DNA of 64,000 nucleotides from Neophaeotheca triangularis (taxonomy: Eukaryota): positions 1 through 64,000 of the forward strand of contig BAAIJX010000071.1 in assembly GCA_054600435.1 (NCBI GenBank), given 5' to 3'. The notes below the pieces were generated by a model. It made no database searches. It had not been told where the DNA came from and was given only the letters and a program-made list of their open reading frames with translations. The position numbers were made by a program, and so were the translations under genes. Positions 1 through 12,862 of this stretch are shown piece by piece (within the stretch, counting starts at the first letter, position 1; the number at the start of each line of letters is the position of its first letter).

Positions 1-111
1 TTTTTATGCATTTTATGCATGTTTTAAATATTTTATGTTTTTTCTCGGTGGGAAATTGATAAATTATGCTTTTTTATTTATATTTAAAACATAATTTTTG
101 GCAAAAACCCT

Positions 112-144
<33 letters not shown>
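1..144. other. AT-rich low-complexity window start ending in an A28 homopolymer (117-144)
   Basis: Very AT-rich with homopolymer runs, unlike the GC-balanced remainder; may be a low-quality contig end. Confidence 0.6.
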
Positions 145-145
<1 letters not shown>

Positions 146-201
146 ACTCGAACGCTTGCATGAATGCTCCCCCCGTTCCCTTTCGGCCCACACACACTCC
201 C

Positions 202-313
202 GAGGCCGCAGTCAGCCACCCTCTTGCGTGCTTGTTTGCTTGCTTACGGACAACAAGGAGGCCGCAGTTAGCCACCCTCTTGCTTGCTTGTTTGCTTGCT
301 TACGGACAACAAG
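202..313. repeat. Tandem duplication, 2 x 56 bp
   Basis: gaggccgcagtYagccaccctcttgcKtgcttgtttgcttgcttacggacaacaag at 202-257 and 258-313, 2 mismatches. Confidence 0.95.
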
Positions 314-1984
314 AGAACCGTCGTCTAAGCGTATCTGGAAGCATGAGGGTGGCAAAAACCAGAGCTGGGGTTTTGCAAGTCTTCTTCAGGGATTCGAACA
401 ATCTCTGGGGCGCTGGTGGCGGGCCGTGAACAGTACCCAACTATGCCATGGTGAATTCGTGGAGAGGCTGGACGGTTCGCTTCACTCGCTGGCAATGCAC
501 TGGCACTGCGCTGGAGAAGGGCGGGGGGTTGGGGTGCAGGTGATGGGGCTTGGCTCGCGGGGCTGGTGATGGTGGGTAGTAGTGGGTGGTACGACATATC
601 GGGCAGCTTTGGTCCTGTCGGGAACCAGGATTGCGTAGGATTGGCGTGGCGAAGCTCGGGAGAGTCTTTGAAGAGGCACGGTGAGACTATTTCTTCCCGA
701 CGCGAACCTCGAAGGCCGGTTGTCTCTTCGGGTGATCGAGTGGTGGTTCGGCTCGCTTCGTGGCGCGTTCATGGTGGTCTCTGCTACGCTCTGGGGAAGT
801 TTGACCAAGTTACCGCCATCCTCGGCAAAGACATCGTTGGATTGGCTGGATCCGCTTGGAAGTGGGATCATGGATAGCCACTACGTTCGAAAGATCGAAA
901 TAATGCCGGGCATGAACGAGGGGTGAGAGGGAGAAAATGTGCACTCGGGTCGCATTCGTCATCCCTCCTTCCTCCGCCACTAAGCAAGGAGTGCTTCAGA
1001 AAAGGAGCTCTCCATGGAGACTCGTCGCCTCACTCGCTGCAAGTTCACTGCGCTAGGGAAGGGCTGTTTTATCATGTGTAACCGACGACCCACCACGTGG
1101 CATCCTCGTACTGCCAAACTCCTCAGCTTGACCGCTAGAAAACTGCCGCGCTAGCTGAGGGCTGCATCCCTGTGTAGCCGACAAGGCAGCACATGGTTGG
1201 TCGCACGAGGCGGTTGTTGGGGGGTGGCACTACCTACCCTCGCGCAAGATCGACCGTACTTGGACATCTGGATGGGCGAGGGAACTCCATAGACAAAGCC
1301 TGAGGCAATTTCTGGCCTAAAATCAACCTGATATCTACTAGTACGTGGGTGTCGAAAGCCTGTTGTCTCTGCGCGGCATCGGCCGTACTGATTTCGATCG
1401 CACTGGCTCATCAAGCTTGAAGCTAACGAGGGGATGAGGTAGCCACGCGCTGGCTCCTCGAGCGCTTCTGTGTCACGTTGTGTCACTGACACCATTGGTC
1501 TAGATTAAATCGGGCTCGGGCGAGCTGTCGCGCGGCCTTGGGGGTGTGGCTTGCTATCTGGTTCCTTAGGGTTGGTGGCTTCACTTGAAGCGTATGTATA
1601 GCTCCCAAACATGGTTTTCACCTTTCAAAGCCGGGCGACCTCGGAGTATAATCCTGTCTTCAGGTGGTGTTTCAGAGGGAGCGAGATAGGAGGCAAGGAA
1701 GGGACGATCAAGAACGGATGCTTGTAGACTTAAGCACGAGGAGGCAGGCTGGCGTGGGAGCTTCTCTCGGTCCAAGGAAGCAGTGATGTGATGGAGCGGC
1801 CTGCTGTTTGGGTCAGCTCGCGCGCTCTACCGGTTGGCTGCAAAGTGGCGTGATCACGGCAGTAGGGTTACCAAAGGGTCCAAAGCCAAACCTCTTTGGC
1901 TGCTCTGAATGCTTCCTCTGGGTTCAAATGCATGATCTGAGATACGGGGCAGCCTAGCAGAATGGTATACAGAGATACTAACTC

Positions 1985-2818
1985 TCATTTTCTCTTCTTT
2001 TGCGATTGAAATTCCCCGTTGGCCTTCTTCGACTTCTTCGCCTGCCGTCTCCTCTCCCACCTCTCCCAACCCGCATCCACCAGATCCTCTTCCACTACCA
2101 AGTCTCTGATGCGCAACCACTTCGCAATCTCCAAGTCCAGGATCCAGTCCACAAGCCCAAAGTACCTCGCAGCGCTGACGGCCACAAACCAGGCAACCGC
2201 GCAGGCAGCGCCAGCCACACAGCCCACGTAGACCTGGTTGGGGGTATGATACGAGAGGTATATCCTACTCTGCGCCACGGCAGCCGCACCCGCGAAGACG
2301 AAGAGAGATAAGAGCGCGCGCTGCCAGAAAGGCGTCGGGACATGGGTGGAAGAAAAGGGGTGCTGGGCGTGCGGAGCATGGCGGAAGAGGGCAAAGAGAG
2401 TCAGGGCGACGGCGAAGAAAGAAACGAACTGGGCGTGCGAGGAGGGCATGCCGTAGCCTTTGCCGTGCATTTCTAGTGGTGGTACCTACTGTCAGCTGCG
2501 CGTATTTATGACTGCTCTGCTTCTTTGAGATTTGTTTTGTAGACAAAAGGGGTGTGCTATGTGTGCGGTGCATATCGTACTAGTTGGTCGCGGTTGTTTG
2601 ATGTAGCGTTTTAAGATCCAATTCAGCCCCTCGCATGCCATTTGTCCCGCGAACATTGCTATTACTTCGAACTCTCGCGTGCTCCATGCCAATGTCGCGT
2701 AGGTGATGCAGAGGGCTTGTGGGACCAGAGCGAGGTAGGCGCTAAGGTGCGAGAGAGGGTCTTCTGGGTTGTAGTGGACATGGGTGAGACCCAGCGAGGC
2801 GAGTGGAGGGTCTTCCAT
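1985..2818 (-). CDS. CAX4: Dolichyl pyrophosphate phosphatase (PAP2 family); exons 2818-2581, 2472-1985
   Basis: PAP2 motifs KRYIKQPRP, YGMPSSHAQF and SRIYLSYHT; N-terminal SLGLTHVHY; GT..AG intron 2473-2580 joins the two ORFs in frame. Confidence 0.9.
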
Positions 2819-3329
2819 GGTCGCTCCTTTGAAATAGGTCGCGCTTTTATGTGTGGTGAGGAAAGGAGATGTTCGGACGAATGAAGTTCCAGGAGGTATA
2901 GGAGAAGGCAAGTGTGTGAGTGAATGAAGGAAGCTTCGGGCAGGTGGCCCGAGCGCTGATATAAAGTCGTACACTGGAAGGTCGCCACAGCCTAGACCTG
3001 CACCGACAAACAACATCAACACTAGGTACATCTACTCTTGCAAAGATCCAGTTGAATGTGTGGCGTGCCTCAGTAGTTCATCGCAACCCACTCCGTCACA
3101 TTCACTTTCGTAAATAACCAAGTCATCAACGTGTTACGAAGCACGTTCATCAAGAGCCCAGCAGAATAGGTCAAAGGCCATCGCTTTGTACTATCGCATC
3201 TATAACCTCCTATCCCTGCGGCTCCGGAAGCGAATACCAGGCCGCACTCTTGGACCACCTGGACATTTAAAATACGTTGGCGAGATTACTCGATCCCCAA
3301 TCTCGTTCGCACAACTTCCCGGGCCATTC

Positions 3330-5471
3330 ATGGACACGATTGAAGATGAACGACAAGAGGAGCTCACGTCGATAGCAGCAATATTCCCAGAACTCAGCCT
3401 CGATGCCAAAACTCCCTTCTCTGCGACCCTGGAGTTGGCAGTGAAACCCACTCAACCACTCCTCGTCCGCTTCAACCCCCCACCAAACGAGGCTAGTGCC
3501 ACGATCGAACACGATGTCCATCTCTCCAACCTTCCACCGCTGAAACTGGAAGTAACTCTACCGGACACCTACCCGGAGAATGCGCCACCTCAGGTCTCAC
3601 TGTCTAGCGAACGAGATTGGTTGCCCAAGACCACTCTCCGCGAGCTAGAGCACGAAGCCCGCAACCTCTGGGACGAGTACGGCCACTGCCAGATTCTCTT
3701 CGCCTACATCGATCATCTACAGCAAGCGGCAGAAAGGTCTTTCGACTTGGACCAGAGTGCTGAAGGATGTCTCGTTTTGCCTTCTTCGCTGGAAACAACG
3801 TTGACTTCATTCGACACTGAAACCAAACAAGCGAGCTTCAACACCGGGACATTCGATTGCGGAGTTTGTCTCGAGCCCAAGAAAGGCAACTCTTGTTACC
3901 AAATGCAGCGTTGTGGAGATGTATTTTGCAGACAATGCTTGCAGGATTTTTACAACAACGCCATTGCTGAAGGCGATGTAGCGGCAGTGCAATGCCTCGC
4001 GCCGGACTGCAGTCTGGAAAAGTCAAAAGACAAAACCCTGCATCCACGCGAACTCCTCGCGATGGGACTGGAAAAAAACACGGCGCGACGTTACGTGGAG
4101 ATGAAACGCAAGAAGAAAGTCGAAGCCGATCCAACGACCGTCTTTTGCCCGCGCAAATGGTGCCAATTCCCCGCCAGGAATCCCAAATACCCTCCCATCC
4201 CCGACGACCTGCTGTCCTACACCATGCCCGCAGACCCCGAAACCAACCAAACTATCGCAGCCCCAACAGATCAACCCTCCCAACCCGACCCCAAAGCCTC
4301 ACCCATCGACCCCAGCGACCGCCTCGCCATCTGCGAAAACCCCAAATGCGCCCTCGCCTTCTGCCGCGTCTGCTACGCCGGCTGGCACGGTCCCGTGGTC
4401 CGCTGTTTCCCGCGCGATCCCAACGAACTATCGGCCGAAGAAAAAGCAACCTACGACTACATCCGCAAACACACCTCGCCGTGCCCGACCTGCTACTCCC
4501 CCGCGCAAAAGACCATGGGCTGCAACCACATGAAGTGTTTCCAGTGCAACACGCACTTCTGCTACTTGTGTGGCGCGTGGTTGAATGTCGCGAATCCGTA
4601 CCAGCATTATAATACCAAGGGAACGGAGTGTTACCAGAGACTGTGGGAGTTGGAGGAGGGCGATGAGGGCCAGGCGCCCGAGGATGGGAGGGGGTTTGCG
4701 GGTTTGAGGGGCTGGGAGCAGATTGCGGCGGAGGCTGCGAGGGAGGCCGAGGCCGCGGAGGCGGAGGCGGAGGCGGAGGCTGCGCAGAGGGCTGAGGCCG
4801 CGCAGAGAGCCGAGGAGCGCAGGGCTGCACAAGAAGAGCGTGCGAGGGAGGCGGCTGCGCAGGGCTTGAATGAATGGGAGTTTGCCGCCAGGGAAAGGCT
4901 TGCCGCTAGGGAACGGCCTGCCGATCAGGAACAAGCGCGGCGTTTGAGGGGCATGGACGGGGAGGGTGGCGGACCGCCGAGAGTGCCGGACGATCACCAG
5001 CAACAGCGCGACCTCCTTGCCAATCTCCGACGCGGCGTGCTAAACGGGATGGAAGTGCCCGCTCCCCCTCGTCCTGGACGCCGCCCTTTCAACGCGAACC
5101 CACCGGCTGAAGGCGGCGCTGCGGCAGTACGTGCGCATGAGCGCGGAGGCCGTCGTGAGCGTGGGCACCGTGGTGGCAATATCGGAGGCAACGGGCGAGA
5201 GCGTGCCCGACCTCAGCTCAACAATGGTGGCATGCATGCGGGGCATGTCGAGAATCATAGGGGGTTTATTGATGCTTTTGATAGAGTGGTTGAGGAGCGA
5301 AATGCGGAGTTTGAGAGAGAAGAGCCGGGGCCGGTGGATTGGCCGCAGAATGAGCAGGGTTTCATTGGACCTGCGCTGGATTACCGGGTGGAGAATGATG
5401 ATACGGAGGATGCTGATGACGTTGAGGGCTTGCAGAGGGCGTTGGCGGCTGACTTGGCCTTGAGGAGGTGA
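3330..5471 (+). CDS. ITT1: RWD-domain RBR (RING-IBR-RING) E3 ubiquitin ligase, RNF14/Itt1-like, with long low-complexity C-terminal tail
   Basis: N-terminal RWD (EELTSIAAIFPEL, LPDTYPENAPP), RING1 (CGVC..C..C), IBR (CPRKWC..C..FCRVCYAGWHG), RING2 (CPTC..GCNHMKC..HFCYLC); ATG at 3330. Confidence 0.85.
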   Translation: MDTIEDERQEELTSIAAIFPELSLDAKTPFSATLELAVKPTQPLLVRFNPPPNEASATIEHDVHLSNLPPLKLEVTLPDTYPENAPPQVSLSSERDWLPKTTLRELEHEARNLWDEYGHCQILFAYIDHLQQAAERSFDLDQSAEGCLVLPSSLETTLTSFDTETKQASFNTGTFDCGVCLEPKKGNSCYQMQRCGDVFCRQCLQDFYNNAIAEGDVAAVQCLAPDCSLEKSKDKTLHPRELLAMGLEKNTARRYVEMKRKKKVEADPTTVFCPRKWCQFPARNPKYPPIPDDLLSYTMPADPETNQTIAAPTDQPSQPDPKASPIDPSDRLAICENPKCALAFCRVCYAGWHGPVVRCFPRDPNELSAEEKATYDYIRKHTSPCPTCYSPAQKTMGCNHMKCFQCNTHFCYLCGAWLNVANPYQHYNTKGTECYQRLWELEEGDEGQAPEDGRGFAGLRGWEQIAAEAAREAEAAEAEAEAEAAQRAEAAQRAEERRAAQEERAREAAAQGLNEWEFAARERLAARERPADQEQARRLRGMDGEGGGPPRVPDDHQQQRDLLANLRRGVLNGMEVPAPPRPGRRPFNANPPAEGGAAAVRAHERGGRRERGHRGGNIGGNGRERARPQLNNGGMHAGHVENHRGFIDAFDRVVEERNAEFEREEPGPVDWPQNEQGFIGPALDYRVENDDTEDADDVEGLQRALAADLALRR

Positions 5472-5894
5472 CGAGAGCAGACGTGTGAGAGACCGACGGC
5501 ATTCCTTTGATGCGACGCTGAAGGTGTCCGCTCGCGGCAATAGACTTAGATACCCATCAATGTTGTTAGACCAGATCGCCGCACTGTCGGGTGTGGTCAG
5601 CCAAGCCATTGAAAGGTCGCTAGTTGCGACTCAGCTGTACTTGCCCATCATGTACTGGGTGCCTGCGAACATGCCGACAAGTATAGAAGCCTTGATTCTG
5701 ACCTCTGGTTGGTCGATGCCCACCTCCCTCTGTCTCAGGGCAATGGTTCCGCAGGAGGTAGGGTTGTTCGAAGGAAGCGCTAAGTCGGGGTGTGGCCTGT
5801 TATCTATTTGACAGGTAGAAGCCCCAGACCATGAGGAGCTCATGGTGCGTGGTAAAGATTTAGGATTTCTGGAAGTCCAGCTGACCTTTGCCTA

Positions 5895-7449
5895 CTATCC
5901 ACTTCCTCCCGGTTCGACGGCGTCCTCACCATGCACCGCCTTGTACGATGTGGTCGCGTATTCAATATCAGTGAGTCTCAAGGGCCCCGCCCCTCCGTAA
6001 TCCCATCTATCTCTCTTCGGCCGCTTCCCAGCCATCTTCGCGTCGAAAGCTTCGGCCGCCTCATCAAACGCGCTCAACTCCCCTTGAATCTCCGAACCAA
6101 AAGCTTTCCGTCCCCCAGGCGTGATCTTAGCCTCCGCACTTGCCAACCCTTCCCCGATCGGGTCATTACAATACAACGTTAACAGCTTATCAGCCGTATC
6201 CCGCAAAGCCTCAGAAAACAGCTGCAAAGACTTGGAAGCGATGTGTTGGCGAAATGCGAAGCAGACGCCTTTGTAGACTTGATGGTAGACGAGCTTGTAC
6301 TCTTCGTCTTTTGCTCTTGTGGCTTCGGCGGACTCGGCAGAGGTGTCGACGACGGGTGAAGCACCGCCGGTTGTGGACTTACGGCTCTTGGATTGTGAAA
6401 GTCCGAAGAGCCGCATCCCTGCCATTACTACTCGCGAGATAGTTTCCTTGTTTTTGTCCTCGGTTGTTGTCTCTTCGGGTAGGCCTGCTGTGCTTTGCAT
6501 CCGTGAGAGCGTGGAGCTGCGTTTTAGTGCTTCGCTCGGCTGTCTGGCTGTTGTTGGACGGGAGCTGGAAATGCTGGGTGATCGCGAATGAGGGCGCGTT
6601 TGGATAGGTACTGTTCCAGCGCCGCTAACGGAGCGACGGTGTTTGAGTGATGGAAGATTGGGTTCTGGCTTTGCTGCTGCCGCCGCTGCAACGCTCTCGC
6701 CGCCGTGCCGTTTTGCTTTACGGCGGCGTTCGTTGGCTTCATCAAAAGCATCGTTGACGGATTTGCGCTTCTTGACGGGTGGTTCGTGGATCGTTTCATG
6801 TTCTTCCTGATAGCGTGGGTTGAGAAATATGGCCTCAGTGTCGTCATCCAGAAGGTGTCCAGAAGAGCTTGGAAGACTCGTTTCCTCAAGCTGGACTAGC
6901 AATTCAGAGGACAAGACAGTTGCGTGTACGCTCAACTCTCCCGATTGCTCGGTCGCACCATCTCCGTTCTCTTCATTCGCCGAGGAGTCAGGTGGCGTGA
7001 GCGGATGGTTGCCACCAAAACCTCTAGAGGCGTAGAATAGGACCTCAGTCGGTTTAGCTCCACTGCGAACGGCTGCTCCTTTGTGGTCAATGGAAGCAAG
7101 TATGCCTAGTCGTGAGTCCGGCTTCGCATTCTCCCACCAGTTCAGCCCCGGCTGTTCGTCATCAGGCGAAAGCAGTACGCTGCTGAACCATGCGGCGAGT
7201 TCGGGGCTCGGGGTGGTGACATTGCAGTCGGCGCTTATTATGAGCTGTAATGGAATACGAGAGGTCTCTACGATCGAAAGAAAGCTCAAGGAAGCCGAGT
7301 CTGGTAGTAATAATGGGGTTGCTGGCGTATTGATGCGGATGCCTAGGAGGCGTGTTAGGTATTTTTGGTCGCGATCCAAATTCTTGCGACATACCATGCG
7401 CTGGCTGGCTTGCATCAAGGACAAATTGTCCCTTCCATTGGGCAGCCAT
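5895..7449 (-). CDS. Sld7 C-terminal-domain protein (replication-initiation factor-like); exons 7449-7395, 7342-5895
   Basis: C-terminal NKETISRVVMAGMRLFGL...EEYKLVYHQVYKGVCFAFR...DKLLTLYC resembles Sld7_C; GTATGT..CTAAC..TAG intron 7343-7394 links the upstream ATG in frame. Confidence 0.65.
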
Positions 7450-9502
7450 AACGGAATAGTACTGTCACTAGTTAAACAAGATGGAGGTGATGTCGGGGGT
7501 TGCTCGTGAACGCGCCGTGTGGTTTTATGGATGCCTCAGGCATGCATTCCCTCGTCTCGGCCAAGGCCGGACGGATTCACCTTCGGCCGCATAGCTCGAT
7601 AGATAGCTCTCTCCTATTTAACAACCGATCCACGCCCCAGAACCACAGTTCCGTAGGGCTCTTCAGTCTTAAAAGGCACAGGGCAATAATTACTGTATAA
7701 TATCTACATAATCCTACCATGACGCTTTCTACAGAGATCTATCTTCACAATCCAGATGACCTCAAGAGGTTAGTAGAATAACCTGAGCGGACTCATTATG
7801 CTTGTTTCAATCCATCCCTACACCAGCGCCGTTTGTAAGTGGACCATTCAAACCCTACCAATTCCACTCTGTGTTCCTCTCTGCCAACTCGTGTCGCTCT
7901 TGGTCAATTATCAACAGCTATTGGAAACCCCATTGATACGCCTCAAGATCATCCTCCCATCTTAGATTGCGCAATGTCTGGGATTCCCAATAAGGGTAAG
8001 GTCTCAGGGGAAAGGTCTCAGGGGCAAGTGTTCGCTCCCATTTGCTTTTTACACCCTTGGCCCTACAATACCCAGGCCATGCGATTGCCTTCCACCCTGG
8101 GGGATTGTTCCGTATTGTCATTTCCGCTTGCCCGTCGACCAGAGATCCATCAATCTGCGAAACCATTGCCCAAAAGCTGGAGGAACCCGGCCGTCCTTGC
8201 ATGTAGATTGTAGGCACTAGCCCTCTTACTATCCAGGGCAACGCTCGTAACGGTCTCGATCATCGGAGGAGTCGTCGCCGTGTGAGTGATTCAAGGTGAA
8301 GAAGCCTCCTTGTGCCTCTGTAATTCCAGAAGGTATTGCGTTTGCTGACATCTTCAGTGAAGGGTCCCCTCCGAGATTTCAAGGTAATTACAAGATCGTC
8401 GAACTAAAACCGCGGCAGAAACATAGAGCGATAGCCAAGCCTTTGAGTGGACATGTGGTGCAGTAGCCGGTTAGGTGGCTGAATCGGAATCTATGTGGTG
8501 AGTTTGCTGGTGGCCAGGTAGTTATGATGCTGGCAGTAACAGTGACGGCCAGCATCCTTGTGTAAGGGGATGTAGACAAGGTCGGCAGTTCTGGACCTCG
8601 CTGCAAAACGTGGTAGGGGATCGACGTACGATGGCTGGTAGCTTAGTGCGAAAGAGATTTGTATGCAATGAAGCCTCTGATGGGGCATTCGGATTGCCTC
8701 AGTGGTTTGAAGCTTCCATATTGCGCCAAAGCCTCACCAATCTATGTCGTGTCCCATGTAGGTATCTGCTCAGCGAAGAACTGCGTCAAGTCTTAGGTAA
8801 CTCCCAAGTCCCAGCTCCAACCCTAAAACCAAACAGCATATACGACACTCGCAGAAAGATTTGTAAGCTTTGACTCCAAACTTCGGTGACCGGATTGAAA
8901 AAACACGAGGTAGTTGGGAGGGGTCGGGGTTAAGCCGTCAAACGCTTCCTCACGGTTAGCTGCCACAAGATTCAGCTTGAGTTCGATTCACGCTGTCTCT
9001 GGACAAGTAAAAACCAGCCTAATCTATTATTAGGTGCATTTAAATGGTATTTCTCCCTCAGTACTTTAGGGGAAAGGAGGGTTCTTTTTGTCGTTTTTGA
9101 GGTGGGTGCGGTCAGTCGTTTTTGTTCACCGCGTGTGTAGGCAGACAATCATGTCTTACTCGTGCTGTCTTGACACCGGCCCTGATGTTGCAAATGCCTA
9201 AGCATACTCTGGCTCGGAGAGACCTCGCTACTCGGTGTATAGAGAAATTGAACAGAGACACGAGAAAAGTGCGGCTAAGTCAAAGACTTGAGCGCCGTCA
9301 CCCGTGACGGGCTCTGAGCAACGACCGATATCTTACAGTGGAGTCGGAACGATTTGCAGCTCTGGTAGCGCAATCAAGGCGACCACCTGCCTGCACACTG
9401 GTGACTGTGGAAGATAGACTGAACAGCGAAAGGATACTTACATTGGACCTACTGAATGAATACCAGACCAAAACTTCAAATTGAACAATCCCTACCTAAT
9501 AC

Positions 9503-10327
9503 TTACAACTTATGCTTCTTTTCCCCACTAGCAATCTTCCTGAACTCCTCCTGGGGAATCCCCCTCATGAACCGATCCAATCCACCAAAGACCTCCGCCA
9601 CGCCCTGCGCATCGAGTACGTCCTTCTCAGGCTTTCTAATCAATGCCTTGATGCCAATCAAACTATCGCTGTTCAAGTGATCACCCAACCTCTCATTGAT
9701 CTCCTCCATCACCAAACCCAAGAATTTCTCCTGCTCATTCGGCTTCGTCTCGAAGACCTTGTTCACGAATCCACACTGCGCCAGCTCCGGACAAGTGATT
9801 CGCTTGCTCATGATCAATGCTTCGTTGGCTTTGGCGATGCCCATGCGCTGCACGAAACCCCTGCTCGCGCCGCCCTCAGCCACGAGACCGAGCGAGGAGA
9901 AAGGCGTCAGGATGAAAGCATGCGGGGCCGCGTACACAAAGTCCGAGAAACCTATCAACGCCGCCGACAGCCCGACAGCAGGGCCGTTGAGAGCGGTAAC
10001 CAGGATCTTCGGGTGCGTGTAGAAGGCTTCAGTGATGTTGAGGTTGTTGGCGACAAAGTTCTGCAGGGTATTGCGGTAGGCGTCGGTGCCTGGGGCGAGG
10101 GAGCGGGAGATGGACACGTCGGCGCCCGCGCTGAAGAAGCGGCCTTTGCCTGTGAGCACTGTGATGTAGATGTTTGGCATGGCTGCTACTTGGCGCATCA
10201 CTTGGGATAGGCGGAAGTAGAGGTCTTGGGTCATGGCATTGAGTTTGGTGGGGATGTTGAGAGTGATTGTAGCAATTTTGCCGGAGGTCTCGAGGGTGAC
10301 AGCGCTTTCGGGGTTGGTGTCTGCCAT
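9503..10327 (-). CDS. ECI1: Peroxisomal delta3,delta2-enoyl-CoA isomerase (crotonase fold)
   Basis: FFSAGADV, ALNGPAVG, PFSSLGLVAEGG motifs; C-terminal HKL PTS1-like signal; intronless 274 aa. Confidence 0.9.
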   Translation of the reverse strand: MADTNPESAVTLETSGKIATITLNIPTKLNAMTQDLYFRLSQVMRQVAAMPNIYITVLTGKGRFFSAGADVSISRSLAPGTDAYRNTLQNFVANNLNITEAFYTHPKILVTALNGPAVGLSAALIGFSDFVYAAPHAFILTPFSSLGLVAEGGASRGFVQRMGIAKANEALIMSKRITCPELAQCGFVNKVFETKPNEQEKFLGLVMEEINERLGDHLNSDSLIGIKALIRKPEKDVLDAQGVAEVFGGLDRFMRGIPQEEFRKIASGEKKHKL

Positions 10328-10776
10328 GGTTGTGGTTGTGGTTGTTTGGTGCTGGTACTGGTACTGGTGCTGGTGATGGTGTTTGAGTGATTGATGGTTG
10401 GATTAAGGTCTTTGTTCGGTTGAGAAAAAATGGAAGGAGAGGAGACCAAGTGAAAGAAGGGACTTTGGGAACCTACGGTGAGCAACGGGGGGGCATTGGC
10501 TTGTTATGAGAGCTGAAGTGTTACCAACGACACGACGGGAGGTGCAGCATCCAAGGAGGAGGTGCAGTTGGAAGTCGCGGCCGAGGTTAGCTCCTACCTC
10601 GGGATATTTACATCTAAATCCGGGGTAATCTAATCTAATCGCAAGATCTACTCCTTGTCCAGATCGACCTCATGTCGCGATTCCTGATCTCAGCTTTGAG
10701 GATTTAACGATGGTGAAGCACTCTCACACTTATTGCACCAAAGCCATTACCGATATTCGCGTGTAAAGTAGGCAAG

Positions 10777-11221
10777 ATGGGAGGTCCTAATCTCGAAGTC
10801 TTCAAAGTACACTCTGCTGCCATTTCCACAAACCCACGCCAAATCACTAACCACCTCGATCGCACAGTTCGGCATGTACATCATGTTCCCTATCGGAATC
10901 ATGTACTACTTCGGCACCAACTTGGACTCGCGCTTCGCCGTCCCCGACTTCTGGCCCAAAGAAGGCCAAACCCACACCATACCCTTCGAGCGCGAGGAGA
11001 TTTCCGAAGAGCTGCAGAGACTCAAGGAGCGGCGACTGGCAGCGCGAGCGAGACGTATGCAGCTCGAGAGTCAGGGCGTGGATACTAGGCATTATGAGCA
11101 CAGGGAGGAGGAGGCCAAGCATCACAGTCCGGAAATGTTGGAAAAGGTCCAGGTGGTGGAGCCCGAGAAGAGTCAGGTTGCTAGGAGTACTGGGTGGGGG
11201 AGTTGGTTTGGGGGAAAGTAG
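10777..11221 (+). CDS. PET100: Cytochrome c oxidase assembly factor Pet100; exons 10777-10806, 10868-11221
   Basis: Spliced product MGGPNLEVFK/FGMYIMFPIGIMYYFG matches the Pet100 N-terminus; intron 10807-10867 GT..CTAAC..CAG. Confidence 0.85.
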
Positions 11222-12862
11222 AGCGAAGGTAGTAGGAGGAGAATCTCTGCTCTTCGGTTTGAGGTTTGTGAGAATATACCCTGGTTTTTGTTGGATATGA
11301 AGAGGAGAATAAAAAATACTCAGGCTTGAGGAAGGGCTACGACAGTCATCAACAGAGACGGCCGCACTGCGGTCTCGCCATGTCTGCATCGGCTTTCGTC
11401 TTCAACCGTCAGACATAGTCGATGTTGCAGCCGCATCATTTCTACGACTGATTCTGCTAGCTGTGGACTCCCGGGCCGACCTCTCAAAGCGGCCGAGTTA
11501 CCTACGGTGAAGGATTCATGCCGGACGGCAGCTCTGTACTTTCGGTACCGCGCGGGTGAGACCAAGCCATACTGTGTGGTAGCCGTTAGAAAATTGAATT
11601 ATGGCGGTTCGTGGCTAAACCCTGTACATTAGAGTAAGCTCAGAATGTATCACTATGTAATCTTACACTACATCTCATCAATCCTCAAGCCCATTCGCAA
11701 CCGAATCGCTGATAGCCAGAGGGCGCACGGATTGAATTAGACTACAAACACCCCAGCATCATTGCATTGAATTATCCCTCCGAGCATGCCAACCACAAAT
11801 TGAACAAAAATTGAGAAATTCCGTTCTCCCGTCAACGAATGTAGCCTCGAAGTTCTTGATCCCGGCGTTAGCATCCTTGTGGCAAGCAAACCCAATTGCC
11901 CACCCAAAGTGTACCAAGAGCCCTCAGCCGCCAGCCGCGAGCGAGTGGCCGTTCGCGGAAGTAGGCTGAGCCGCCAGGGTCGCCAAAATTGTCCATTGAC
12001 TAGCGTCGCCGCCAGCCCAACTGCAATTGCTCCAGCGAAAGGTACGGCAGCTCCAGGAGCTAAGGAAAGGATGCATTTTGGACATCGCGGCGAGAGAAGC
12101 CATGTCTCGCCGCCTCTTCCTGTGCTGGGTCCGTGAAGCGGCGGCCTCTTGCAGCCAGCCATCGCTGCAAGGGAACGGACCCCCAAAGGTCTACAGGTGG
12201 CACCGGGATACCAAAAAGTCCAGTTGCTAGCATGTATTTTGATCGAGCCACTGAGATCCAAGGGGAGAGGGGGATGCTCCTAGGACTGAGAAATGGACGG
12301 ATTTTCGTATCGCAGCGAGTGCAGGACATTTGTGGCGGTTTTCGCAGCAGCTTTCAGGGAATTTGGGGCTTACCTGCTCGGGATGCCTACCTGAACCTCA
12401 CGAGGTTCCGACTCAGAGGGCGCCGGGACGGTGAAATGTGTGCATTGACTAGCGCAAACTACAAAGCAGCCACTGAAGAAATGGTTAGGATGACTGGAAG
12501 CGGAAGGGGGTCTGCACCACGGTGGAAGTTGAACTGTTTCGTAGCTCTTCACTGCATGCCTCAAGACTCAGAGAGAGTTGTGTTGTCTTATGGAAGAGCC
12601 ATGGCGTTTCTTAGTCTCACAGGCTCGGAAGTCCTGCCGTGGTCTTCTGGCGAAGCAAGTTGTAGCCTTAAGTAGTCTCGAACTCTTTCGGCGTGCGGAG
12701 GTCAAGTAGTGCTGTAGGGATTGTTGAAGGCTTCGATACCGGGGTTGTATTTTCAACGCGCTAGCAGCTATAGCATCGAATTTCGTGATGGTGACAATCG
12801 CTCGCCAAGTCTGATAGCGTCCCTCAGATCAAGTCGAATGGCGCTTCCGATCTCACGTCTGC

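Noticed and set aside
66..569. 167-aa ORF with poly-Lys
   Set aside because: Produced by the A homopolymer and tandem repeat at the window edge
1560..1872. TTAGGGTT / TAGGGTTA as telomere repeat or telomerase RNA template
   Set aside because: Isolated partial matches expected by chance
7719..8420. Protein-like fragments with stops and a GTAAGT site (possible pseudogene)
   Set aside because: No recognisable family motif, so cannot be supported without a search
8920..8995. GTTCGATTC B-box-like motif suggesting a tRNA or SINE
   Set aside because: I could not build a cloverleaf, acceptor stem or A-box
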